The notes under the pieces are model-generated. The model ran no database searches. It was given only the letters and a program-made list of their open reading frames with translations, and was not told the origin of the DNA. The position numbers and the translations under genes are program-made. 64,000 nucleotides of DNA from Podarcis bocagei (Eukaryota). This document shows positions 10,578 through 21,777 of this stretch, one piece after another (position 1 is the stretch's first letter; each line of letters opens with the position of its first letter). The stretch lies in NCBI GenBank assembly GCA_964188305.1, contig OZ076889.1, one strand, 5' to 3'.

Positions 10578-11893
10578 AAAAGCAGAGTAATAAAATTGTT
10601 TCCACCACAAAGGTAACAGCATATATATGTTGTGATAGATCAATGCCCACAGGAAAATATTGCTGTTCTAAAAAAATATTTAAGTACTGTACTTCTAAGT
10701 GCATCCACACCTGTGGAGATTGCGTTACTTGTTCTTCTGAAAAAGGTGCCTGGTTAGGCATCAGGATGCCTCATGGAAACTGATTAATCAATTGCATAAT
10801 AAAGTCAGACATTTCGGTGTATGTCTGTTCTTCTGAGGAAAGACAGTAGAACAGGAAAAATACAATGCAACAGCTGTGTAGCTGTCTTGTAAAGAGTAAG
10901 TGAACAAAACATGACTATCCCACACAAAATGCCAGGTGTGGAGTACCTTAAATGTGATTTAACCACTACTTTCAACAGATATGCGCATCTGAGTTCAGGT
11001 GTTCTCCTTTACTTTCAGTGGGGTACATATTTGGTTGTTCACTCAGAAATAATCCTCATTTTAAATACCCAGCTCCCAGTTGGCACAAAATATAGTGTAT
11101 CCATACACTGATAATTGTTTCTTCAAAGTGAAAGTAAATCGGACAGAATTTGACAGAAGGTGGTTTCAAGGTATCTACGCTAGGGGAACCCACATCAGAA
11201 ACTGAACCTGCTGGATAATTGAACTAATCATTCTCTTGGGGTTTTAGGGCCCTTTTCTTTTTTTTAGTACATATTGCAACTGGCTCCTGTTAGGGCCCAT
11301 GTACATGGAGAATTTTGCCCATGTTCACAGTTTTGCACTTGAATGGAAGCTCAGGACACCGTAAATGGAAATGGTATGGAAATGCAAAATGGGTTCCCAG
11401 TATGATGAAAACTGCCATAATTTCCTCAGTCAACCTGGAATAGGGTAGCTAGGTGCAAAAAGGGACAGGGCTCCTGTAATTTATCGGTAGCAGCTTGTAA
11501 TGCAAGCTACAGCTGTAGAATTTCCTTCTTCTGCACAACTATTAAAGCTGCAGGACCCTGGACATAAGTTCATAAGGAAAGCCAAAGGCCCATCTACTCC
11601 AGCATACTGTTCTTTCAGTGGCCAACCAGATGGAAGCCTGCAAGCAGGTCCTGAGTGCCACAACACTTTTCCCACATTTGGTTCCTAGCAAATGGTATTC
11701 AGAGGCATCCTATATTTGACACTGGAAGTAGAGCATAGCCACAATGACCTCTTTTGCTCCTGGTCAACCTACCCATAAATCTTCGTAAACAGTTCAGAAT
11801 TATATGATGATAAAACACATTTTGTCTTAGCCTTCTGTCCTTTTATGTATTCACACTGAAACCAAATACCTTTGTCTCTTTGCCTTCACGCAG

Positions 11894-12038
11894 ATGCAAG
11901 ATGTAGGTGGAGATTTTTGTCCAGGTTATTACACTCCATTGCCACCTTTCATACCTCAGGGATTTCTGCCAGGGATTCACTACATTCCGCCGCCTCTCCC
12001 ACTGAATGTTGTGGCTGAAGCTACAAAGGAAACATCTG
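11894..12038 (+). CDS. DMRTB1: DMRTB1 coding exon 3 (proline-rich)
   Basis: Acceptor tttgtctctttgccttcacgcag|. Phase 0 gives MQDVGGDFCPGYYTPLPPFIPQGFLPGIHYIPPPLPLNVVAEATKETS. Donor CTG|GTAAGC after 12038, phase 1. Confidence 0.9.
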
Positions 12039-12619
12039 GTAAGCATTCAGAAGGTTCCGTTAGTTGCATAGCAGGTGTGTTGTGGCTGTCCACCCAGACA
12101 GGAAGGGGATAAATAACAACTGAGACAAGTGTATGCGCCACAACTTTCACATGACTACAGTGAGGTAAGCATAGCATTAGGTTAGGATCCGTTATCCTGA
12201 AAGACTCCTGATATGGATGCCAATACGCCATCCCAGCATGCCTGTTGGGGAATCCCATGGAGGTTGGCTAGTGTGAAAGGACGCTATGTGACTAGTATCC
12301 TGCTGGTAACCTGATATGAATAGTGACAGGAGTGGACTGCCTGGGCCAGACCTGGTGGGAGGGTCCCAAATATGACAATGATTATATATTTATTTATAAT
12401 CTCCCTTTCTCCCTGACAAGGACTCAAGGAAGTTTACAGATAAGAACAGCTAAAAGCATAGAAGAAACTATCATTAAAAAGCAATTAAACAGCAATAGAA
12501 AAAAAAGACTTTGGCAATCCCACCTGCCACTGAACTCAGTGTGTTTTGATTATATGCAATTTTGGCTTTATGCACTATCCATTGGAATGTAACTCCTGCA
12601 TTAGTTGAGAGTCACCTGT

Positions 12620-12754
12620 ACTCTGTACTGACTGGCAGCTGTTCTCCAGGGTTTCAGGCAGGAATATTTCCGTTACCAAGAGACACTAGGCATTGAACCT
12701 ATAACCTTTTGCCCTGTGTGGGGTGTGTTTTACCACTGAGCTATAGCACTTCCC
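12620..12754 (-). mobile_element. tRNA-derived SINE (Squam-like), decayed
   Basis: The minus strand starts gggaagtgctatagctcagtggtaaaacac...aggttcaatgcctag, with pol III A-box-like and B-box-like segments. Confidence 0.6.
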
Positions 12755-13832
12755 TCTTTAGCATGGTCCTTCTTAAAATATTTAGCTCCTGTTTGCTTTT
12801 CATCTTGAATTGTGGTAATATAAATTAATAGCTGCTTTCATATTTGGTAAGGTCAAGGAAAAACCACACACACAAAAAACCCTTAAGTATTGTATTTACC
12901 TTTCTTGGTTTCATGCCTTTAGCCCAGTGTAGGGGAAAATCAAGCATACTATGGGCAACCTTTGGCTGGCTCACAGCCGTGATACAGAAACATTTTCCAC
13001 AGTTTCAAACAGAGTTAACTTTTCCCTTCAGAAGAACTACTTTTCCTGTTCTGCCACAAACATGGCTGATATAAACATGCTGAAATAACTCATGAAATAG
13101 CTCTTATTTGTATGTTCATGCCTACCTGTTGTTGTTTTCTAAAATCCTATGTATGAAAAGCTAGCACATCAAAGAAAAGGCTAGACTTGAAACTCTTTCC
13201 CTATACATGTGCTTTGTTTTTGATGCAGAGAATCACTCACAACTATCTGACCTAAATACATACTCTGAAGCACCACATACTGTTTTGTGTACATAATTAG
13301 GTTGCCTGAAAACTGAAAAATTGTTTGCTTCCTAGCAGCAGTTTGTCTCAAGCTGAGAAGGTATGTTTTGAAAAGCTGCTAACTTTCAACATGGGAACAA
13401 AGTTCATTTTGTAAAAGCACTATATGTGTATTCTCCTTTGCTTGCAAGATGCTTTTTTCTAATGGATCTAGCTGATAGTGCTGTCTGGCAGGTACACTTC
13501 TGCTAGTAGTGAAATGCTCCTTCAACCCTTGCTTTCATAAATATCTTTATCTGGTTTAGTCCTATGTGGATTTAGTTATACGTATCTTTAGCCAAATGGA
13601 TTTACAGAAAGTCAGGTATCATTGACGGACAGTTCTAAGTCATACTCATAGATGACCCAGACTAACAAATCCATTAATTTCAGTAATCTATTCAGGTTAT
13701 GAGTCAGATACCACCCCAGATTTTAAAGGAACAAAGCTAATCTTTCCATTCTTTTCTCACATTCTATGGCGTGAATGTGGGACGTGAAAATTATTTTTGG
13801 AGTTTTAAGTTCTGATGTTTAATTTTTGAGTA

Positions 13833-13846
13833 GCCACAAGAGGGCA
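13833..13846 (+). promoter_or_regulatory. Candidate CTCF site (DMRTB1 intron 3)
   Basis: GCCACAAGAGGGCA, one mismatch from the CTCF core consensus. Motif match only. Confidence 0.35.
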
Positions 13847-14193
13847 AACTACTTGGAAATTAATCTCAAACTCTAGAGTTGTCAATTTGGGGGGCGGTTG
13901 TTTGAAACCCTTAAGGATTTTATAGCATCTTTGTAGACTACATAAAGTAAGTTGTATATTTGCAGTAGTATTGGGGAGTTGACCTAATAAGCCACCATCT
14001 GCAAACTAGAAAGATACAAGCTATAATAACATGAGGTGATAAGCTTATTTGTATTTCAAATATTTGAATGATTCAAGATCAAAAATGGACATGAAATTAA
14101 AACAAACAGAGAATTCCTTGGATTAATTGTAAAGAGCAGATTCATACAAAGAACCTGAAATCACTGGATTGTTCTTCTGCTTCTGTATTTCAG

Positions 14194-14297
14194 CTACACC
14201 TGCAGATAGCCAGGATTCTGGAGTGATATCTGAACGCAGCCTGCCATCTTCTCAGGAAGATGCCAGTGGAAAATGTTCCTCATATTCTGAGCACTAA
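14194..14297 (+). CDS. DMRTB1: DMRTB1 coding exon 4 (terminal)
   Basis: Acceptor ttcttctgcttctgtatttcag|. Phase 1 gives ATPADSQDSGVISERSLPSSQEDASGKCSSYSEH*, resembling the DMRTB1 C-terminal PSSQE region. TAA at 14295-14297. Spliced CDS 433+227+145+104 = 909 nt = 302 aa. Confidence 0.85.
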
Positions 14298-15140
14298 ATG
14301 CACCAAAAAGTCATGTTCAAATGTTGACTTCAAGTGGTGCCATTCTGAAAGTGATGTTTTGTTTTGCGTCACTGACTGGTCACGTCAGTATTTGGGTTGG
14401 TATTGTTCACAACATTTGGTCTATCAGGTGCTATCCACACAGGAATTTCCGCTGCTTGGTGCCTTAGCGCCAAAGTGGAAGTTTAGGAATCTTCATAGTC
14501 GGTTTCTGACATGCAGATGGGCAGGAAGTTAATGCTGGCTCAACTCAGGATTAATGTAAACTGTAGGAGATCAGATGTGCTCAAGTACATGCGATCCCTA
14601 AGTAAAGTTGTGCCTTGTCATACTTTCACACCACCTCCCAGCCTGTGGTTGTGAAAGTGGATATTCTAGCCATTTCTAGGCTTGCCAGCTTTTGTTATCT
14701 GCTTCTGTCTGGGCCTTCAACAAGAGTTTGCTATGTAGATATTAGCAGGCGATAATGATTATCTCCATTGTTTGAAAAGTTTGATTTACTAATTCTTCCA
14801 TTTCAGGCTGGTATTAAAACCCCAGAATCAGGCTAATTCTTTTTCTGACAAGTTGGAGCCCTAACTTACGCTTGTGCTGCAGCTGTGTATTTCTTTCAAA
14901 GTTCAGGAGAGGAACTATAGAGGGATGGCTCAGACACTTTTTATGCTTCAGTGGGTATTAGAGCTGCAATACACATAATGGGAAGAACCTTCTCCCTAAA
15001 CAGAAATGTTTATAGGGAAATAACTCTTGAGTTTCAAGGGCCTGCTAATGATAACAGACCATGAATAGAGTTGTGGTTCATATGGCTGAACAGTTGGGAT
15101 AAATTTGGGATAGTAGAGTTACAGTTACCACTATGATTAA

Positions 15141-15463
15141 GGCCCCATCTGCACTATACATTTAAAGCAGCGTCATACCACCCTAGACAGTCAGGGCCTT
15201 CCCCAAAGAATCCTGGGAACTGGTCTTTTTGTTTATGATGCTGTGAGGGATTAGGAGATCCCTGTTCTCCTCCCAGAGCTACAATTCCCAGAGTTCTCAG
15301 GGAAGAGAGGTTGGGTGTTAAACCACTCTGAGAAGTGTTACTCTGAGAGGAGAACAGGGGTCCCCTAGCAACTCTAAGCACCCTTAACAAACAAGTTCCC
15401 AGGATTCTTTGGGGGAAGCTCTGACTGCTTCAAGGTCTTTAAATATACAGTGCAGGCAGGGTC
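15141..15463. mobile_element. Palindromic MITE, probably PIF/Harbinger-derived
   Basis: Imperfect TIRs ggccccatctgcactatacatttaaag / ctttaaatatacagtgcaggcagggtc, with TAA on both sides and internal inverted repeats (ccaaagaatcctgggaac / gttcccaggattctttgg). Confidence 0.7.
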
Positions 15464-16538
15464 TAAGTGTAGCTCTTCATGCTCAGTGTTTGAATTGTGT
15501 CATTTATATAACTGTTTCATGTTAATTATGGCTTAGTCCAAAACCAGAGACAAGAACTGGGGAAGAGCAAGGCAAATGTGCACTTGATGACTCTCTGCTT
15601 ACTCAGCCTTTACTTTGGGGGAAAAGAGCACAGTTCTTACCTGATAGGAAAGGAGGAAGATTTATTTTTGTAATAAATCAGAATAAGGATGAAGAACAGC
15701 ATTCCGCTTTAATGTGTTCCGTTGTAAAAAGACCAGCTACAAATGTTAGTTTCACTTTCTTTGCTTAAATCTATTAAACATTGATACTGACCTTAAGTTT
15801 TGAAATGTCACATTTTTGTTCTGAAACAGACTTCAAATGTTTAAAAGGCGGAGGGGACATTAACAAGGATATTTTTATCTGAATACAATTACTGCTACAG
15901 TTGTTGAAGAATTAATGGAAAATTCAAACGTATACCTACTTGGCTTACCTAATGAGCAGCAATAGAAGGATTAATTAAAACTTCCTATTTCAAGTGACCG
16001 AACAACATCCAGAGTCAAAGGCATTTTAGTCAGGATGCGTTTTGCCATATCACTGTATGGCTGAAATCACTCTTTATTATCACAAATGAGCCAGGATGAA
16101 CAAATTATTGTGGCCTAGTGCACTAGGTCAAAATCCACCATGTAAGAAATTCTTGTGTACAAACTCAACCAAAATGAGAGCTGTGCAAGACTACTTGTGT
16201 GAGCATGTGTTACAACTACTTAGGTGAACATGTGTTACAACTTGGGAGTATTATCTTTTAGTATTTTAGTTCTGAATCAAACACTATATTTAAAAGGTGA
16301 CCCTGAATTTGAAATTCATAACACTGAAGACAAACAGCAGTTGGATCAAGAGATCATGGATCATTGCTTTGCAATGATGTATGGGGTTCTGCTTGTTTTT
16401 GTAGTGCTACAGATGTAAGCTTTTGAATTTTCTGGCTTTCAGGTCAATAGTCTATATTCTAAATAACTATAGTGTATTTAAATATAAAATAATGTTTCTT
16501 TTTTTTGTGGATCCATGAGAGTGGACTTTTGTGATGTA

Positions 16539-16764
16539 CAGTGGTACCTCGGGTTACATATGCTTCAGGTTACAGACTCCGCTAACCCAGAAATAGTACC
16601 TCGGGTTAAGAACTTTGCTTCAGGATGAGAACAGAAATCGGGCTCTGGCGGTGCGGCGGCAGCAGGAGGCCCCATTAGCTAAAGTGGTGCTTTAGGTTAA
16701 GAACAGTTTCAGATTAAGAACAGACCTCCGGAACGAATTAAGTACTTAACCCAAGGTATCACTG
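16539..16764. mobile_element. Tc1/mariner-type MITE, family A copy 1
   Basis: TIRs CAGTGGTACCTCGGGTTA / TAACCCAAGGTATCACTG, TA target duplication, 226 bp. Four further near-identical copies lie in this window. Confidence 0.9.
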
Positions 16765-17044
16765 TATAAGAAAGTATGAGAGAGAGAAGCCAATTGTCAT
16801 AAGTATGGCAAACTATTCTTTTACCTAGTCTTGTAGTTATTGGTGCAACAAGAGCCCCAAATCCTGAAATTTATTGTTCATTTCATCAGTTCGCTAGTGA
16901 AGGAGGTGAGCTACACTAGGAGATTGTAATTGTAGATTAAAATGTTAGTTTATCGTACCAATTAATAGGACTATCACCCTTTTAAATAAATCTTAGTCAA
17001 TTAAACATGTTAGTTTTAATCATTTAAATGATTAAATATGTATA

Positions 17045-17103
17045 CATAGAATCATAGAATCATAGAGTTGGAAGAGACCACAAGGGCCATCGAGTCCAAC
17101 CCC
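17045..17103 (-). mobile_element. CR1 LINE extreme 3' end (~59 bp)
   Basis: catagaatcatagaatcatagagttggaagagaccacaagggccatcgagtccaacccc, essentially identical to the 3' end of the CR1 at 3341. Confidence 0.88.
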
Positions 17104-17678
17104 TGTACATCTGTATTTGAATGAGAGAGCATTGAGGAAAAAGTATACATAGTTTGTGGTTCTAGACTCAAAACTGCACCTAGATGCTCAGATATCAGTG
17201 GTGGCTAGGACTGCTTTTTACCAACTTTGAGTTACACGCCAAAAGTCATTTCTTGTTAATTTGAGATTGGATTACAGTACTGCAGCATGTTCTACATGGA
17301 GCCGTCATTAAATAATGCCCAAAAGATTCCATTAGTTCCACATGCAACTGCCAGCTGTATCACATTATGCCAATCCTTTACTAGCTTCGCTGGTTTGTGA
17401 TTTGCTTCCAGCCATGATTCAAGGTGCTAGTTTTGATGTTTAAAATGCTAAATGACTAAGTCTCAAGACTGTGAGCCACTGAAGAAAGTTCAGTAAAAAC
17501 TCTCATTTCAGTGGAGTTTTTCAGGACCATTTCCTAACTATTTACAAAAATTATTTTTAAAAAATCTGCTGTTGCAGTCTCCCATTATTATTTTTCTTAC
17601 TGGCTGGGGGAGGAGTTGCATCTGTTTTTGTGCTTTTCTGCTGTAAACTGTCATGAGTATCTTGCCAGAAAGGTAATG

Positions 17679-17732
17679 AAGAAAGCCACCCAGAGTGGCT
17701 GGGGAGGCCCAGCCAGATGGGCGGGGTATAAA

Positions 17733-17787
<55 letters not shown>
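17679..17787 (+). mobile_element. L2-family 3'-end fragment with (ATT)n tail
   Basis: aagccacccagagtggctggggaggcccagccagatgggcggggtataaat followed by ~18 ATT units; same family as 55165-55598. Confidence 0.8.
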
Positions 17788-17789
<2 letters not shown>

Positions 17790-17974
17790 ACATAATAAAC
17801 ACATCACCCTAGTCCTTGCTCACTGGTAGGCATAATTTTGAATTAGCGTCCTCACTTACTGTGCCTCGCAAGGCTGACAGTCCAGGTACTTCTCATAATG
17901 AATCTGGGGTGTGCATCCGATTCTTGGCAATAACTGATGATGTAGGACTCGAAAATGGGTCGATACGTGTGTGT

Positions 17975-18373
17975 GTTTAGTGGGGCGGGAAGGACGGCAA
18001 AACGGAGCCTTGTGTCCTGTAGCATTTTAGGGGTTAAGCCTGGAATAGATTTGATTGAGCGGAAAGTGGTGGGGAGAGTGGAGAACTGACGTCAAAGATC
18101 AAGTCTGGGCCGGGCTGAGCCTTCATCGGAAAGGTGCTACTAATACGCAGGACAGAAGAAGACACGGCTGTAGAGGAGAGCCGACGGGAAGCAGCCGCAG
18201 ACTCGGCCAGAGGGCTCTACAGTCCCAACAAGTTGCAAATGCGACGAGGCTTTGCTGCCGTCTAGCAAAGTGAAGCCCAACCTGTGCAGGTGCCTTCAGG
18301 CCCACCAAAAAAAAAAAAAAAAAAAAAAAGCTACAGTTTCAGAAGGCCTGAGACAGCGAGCAAGAGGTCCGTC
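17975..18373 (+). promoter_or_regulatory. Putative DMRT2b promoter/5' UTR with GC box and perfect CRE
   Basis: GGGGCGGG at ~17982-17989, TGACGTCA at 18087-18094, and CpG density rising towards the ATG at 18374. An A23 tract lies at 18307-18329. Confidence 0.5.
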
Positions 18374-18800
18374 ATGTTGCCCTTGCCCTCCAGGCGGCAA
18401 CGAAAAGCTAAGTCTGCCCGCCCCGTCAATTCTTCGGAGCTCCCCGGCCATGAGAGCGAGGGCGGCTGCGGCGCTTTCAGCACCGGCTCGCGGCGCCTGC
18501 AGAGCCAGCGACTGCCCAAGTGCGCGCGCTGCAGGAACCACGGCGTGGTGTCCAGCCTCAAGGGCCACAAGCGGCTGTGCCGCTGGCGGGAGTGCGCGTG
18601 CGCCGCGTGCTTGCTGGTGCTCGAGAGGCAGCGCGTGACGGCCGCGCAGGTGGCGCTGAGGAGGCACCAAGACCAGGTGGCCGGCCAGGTGAGTGGGCGC
18701 GCGCGCCTTGCGCGGGGGAAAAACCAGCAGGGGCGGGAAACACAACGGCGGCCGCAGAGCGAGGGCCAGCAGGGCCCCTCTCTTCATGCTGACGGCTCTG
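18350..18800. promoter_or_regulatory. CpG island over DMRT2b exon 1
   Basis: Very GC- and CpG-rich (gcgcgcg, cggcgtgg etc.) within an otherwise AT-rich, CpG-depleted window. Confidence 0.8.
18374..18688 (+). CDS. DMRT2B: DMRT2-family gene (DMRT2b) coding exon 1, containing the DM domain
   Basis: [52 protein letters not shown] is a DMRT2-type DM domain (HGVVS, CRWR, CLLV). First in-frame ATG at 18374. Consensus donor CAG|GTGAGT after 18688, phase 0. Confidence 0.92.
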
Positions 18801-18816
18801 GAGTCCTTAAGAGGCC

Positions 18817-18973
18817 ATAACATAATAATAATGGTGATGATGATGACAGTTAATAATTTTATTGTTTATACCCCGCCCATCTGGCTGGGTTTCCCCAGCC
18901 GCTCTGGGCGGCTTCCAACAAAATATAAAAATAATAATAATAAAATGTCAGACATTAAAAACTTACCTGAACA
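18817..18973 (-). mobile_element. L2-family 3'-end fragment
   Basis: tttataccccgcccatctggctgggtttccccagccgctctgggcggcttcca is near-identical to 55212-55264. Confidence 0.85.
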
Positions 18974-19454
18974 AGTTGCTTCAGCACTGAGTTGTATTAA
19001 TTTCGGTAGTGGAGCAGCAGAACGGTTAGTAATGACTAAAGAAATCCTCTCAGGCAGCAGCGGGGGGGGGGGGATGGCGGAAACGCCTCAGGGCATGTGA
19101 TGTGGGGGCCCCTCAGAGGGCCACACTTGCCAGTATAGGCAACTCTGGCAAGTTGAATAGTTGCTGTTTAAACCAAGAATGTACTAGTCCCTGTATAAGC
19201 AGGACCACCCCCCAGGCATACCCCCACCATGCCTTTATTCCTTGCAATGCAGGAGCATCTTCAGCTGTGAAGTTTTTTCCCTGTAGCAAAGCACAAAGCT
19301 TCAGCTGCTGAATTTGCTCCAGTAAGTTCAGCTGGCTTTAGTTTTAGCTTCATTAGTGTGTGCCCTGGGCAGTGGGATGGGCTTTTTGCTTAGCTTCTGG
19401 GCCTATGCAAGCTTTATAGGGCAGTAAGCTTTTCCAGAACAAAAAATAAAGCAT

Positions 19455-19664
19455 CTGCATCAGGAAGACCTTTCTGGCAGTAAGTGGTGTTAGACATTGG
19501 AATGGACTCCTTGGGAAGGTGGTGGACTCCTCTCCTTTGGAGGTTTTTAGGCAGAGGTTGGATGGTCAACTGTCATGGACGCTTTGGTTGCAATTCCTGC
19601 ACTGCATGGGTTTGGACTAAATGACCCTTGAGGTCCCTTCCAACTCTACAGTTCTATGATTCTA
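19455..19664 (+). mobile_element. CR1 LINE 3' fragment (older subfamily)
   Basis: ggtggtggactcctctcctttggaggtttttaggcagaggttggatgg...gacccttgaggtcccttccaactctacagttctatgattcta is a typical CR1 3' end. Confidence 0.85.
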
Positions 19665-20219
19665 AGTGATACAAGAACAAACGGGGATGATGTGGAGCTG
19701 AGGAATAATGTAAGGAAAGTAACCTTAAAACTGCCCTCTCCTGAAGCACCTTTTCCTGAGAAAGTCACTGGAATCTGGTTCTACGTTTCAGCTAAAAACA
19801 AGTCCCAGTCTTTAATGAGTTTTGCCTCATGTAGATCGAAGCTGAGTAGCTTTAACTTTTAAATGGGATGGATTCAGTGTAAATAGTTTAAGCTTCTTAA
19901 ATTAATTTGTGTGCTAGTGGAGCTGTCTGGTCCTGGCACCGTAATTGGTTTACTGCTATTGAAGACAAGTTCCCTTTCTTTGAGTTCATGTTATGTTATA
20001 TGTATTTAAAACAGCAATAATAAACCCCTAATGTAAACTATATAATTGTAAAGCATCCTGGGGAAAAGTTGTCTTTTGATCATAATGCAGCTTTTCTTAT
20101 TTGCTTCCAAATAGCTTGAATGTTTTCAGTATTATTTTAGCAGGCAAGCATGGACATTGTTAGTAAGCAAAAATAGCTATGGTGCTGAGGAATGTCCTCT
20201 TCTTTTTGTGATTGCATAG

Positions 20220-20328
20220 GTTAAGAAAGGAATGAGGGGCAGTGAATGTTCAGTTTCTGGCCACAGATCAAACTTCCATTGCAAGACCAAGCAGACTGCC
20301 AGGTTGTTGGCTAGACACTCACCGGAAG
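20220..20328 (+). CDS. DMRT2B: DMRT2b coding exon 2
   Basis: Acceptor cctcttctttttgtgattgcatag|. Phase 0 gives VKKGMRGSECSVSGHRSNFHCKTKQTARLLARHSPE, corresponding to the short DMRT2 exon (DKKGLSG...LLAKSILEG). Donor AAG|GTATGT after 20328, phase 1. Confidence 0.85.
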
Positions 20329-21034
20329 GTATGTGCCTGCATGTAGGAAATACACTTGAAACAAACCTAGTAGGTTCTTCCCATTTAATGTATTCCATTA
20401 TAAAATGTGGTATTGATATAGGACAATAAGTTGTTATAGCTGTGAAATGAATGTTTATTTTATATTCCTGACACATTCCTTAAATAAGCATCTACTTATG
20501 AAGACCTCTTTAGGCATGACTCTCCAAACCCTTAAAAAGCATCAAAAGATTGTGTGACAATGGCATTTCTAGTCAAGGACTCTGGTTGATATTACATTTC
20601 ATGAGTGAATACTAGATGCATTCCAGAGAAGCTAAGTATACCTAAGTGCAACTGATTTGAGTATGAACTGAGTGTTCTTGATTTTCTTGGTGTCAGCTGT
20701 ATTTAAGCACAAAGGCTGCTTCAGATGTCTTAATTACATATGATATTACCTACACATGAAATACACTGGTGTAGTTAGCTGTTAGCTGTTGTATGTGACA
20801 AGCGTATGGGTACACTTTCACTATGCTACACTTTCAACTATACAACGTGTACAAACTGTTTATGGCTGGCACGTGCAACTATTACCTGTGATGTGACAAC
20901 TTACACACAGGTTTCTTAGTAATACCGTTTTTACCGCATGAAAAGCTTTCTGTAAAGGAAATGTGTAATGTTTGAAAGCACCTAATGCCAGGCTTTGCAC
21001 AATAACTGTCCTTTTCCTTTGGATCTCGTTGTAG

Positions 21035-21777
21035 CAAATAGTCCACCCTCCCAGGAAACAGAACATTGCCTTTCTAGCCTCAGTGAGAGAATGAGGAAAA
21101 GAAGGGCATTTGCAGACAAGGAGTTGGAATCAATAATGCTGGAAAGGGAACTTCGACAAAGAACCTTTGATGGATTTGCTGCCCATCAGAGAAGACAGCT
21201 GCTGAGCAGAGAGCATTTACCAGCCCTTGAGGAAAACGTATTCCAAAGTGGACATGATTACCTTAATTACTTGACATGCGTTAACTCTGGTATGTTGAAT
21301 ATTTGTTTTCCTTTGCTGCATTCAAATACCAAGGTTCTAGACTATGGACCTTGCATTTATAAAATCACAGACACTTCTCCTTTGAATGTAGCTTTTATCA
21401 CAGCAAGCCAAACTGAAGGTGGCACTTCACAGAAACGTACCTGTGAGGAGAGCATGAATAAATACCTAAATGTGTACAGAGAAAATAATTGTGACTGGAA
21501 GGAGCAAGCTCTGTCCAGTGTCTTTTCCAGAGATCTTCTCTTACTTGAGAATAATTGGAGCCCCAAAATAATAAAACTCCAAGAAAATAAAGAATTAAGA
21601 AACATGGCAGCCAGATACTGTATTTTGTGCAATCATCACTCAAAACAAGAAAATCACAATGTTAATGATACAGGTCTTGAAGTCAAGGAGGATGTAAGGC
21701 ATTTATCTCAAGAGTGTTGCTCAGAAATAAACAAGCAGATACTGTCTTTTTCAGTAGAATCTTTATTAAAAGTTTAA
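21035..21777 (+). CDS. DMRT2B: DMRT2b coding exon 3 (terminal)
   Basis: Acceptor cttttcctttggatctcgttgtag|, phase 1 compatible. Contains the DMRT2-specific motif LSERMRKRRAFADKELESIMLERE and the C-terminal LSFSVESLLK. TAA at 21775-21777. Spliced CDS 315+109+743 = 1167 nt = 388 aa. Confidence 0.92.

Noticed and set aside
18284-18373. Poly-Lys 'NLS-like' N-terminus ([10 protein letters not shown]) on the ORF-track version of DMRT2b
   Set aside because: It comes from an A23 homopolymer upstream of the first ATG; the ORF track starts at a GTG. Probably 5' UTR.
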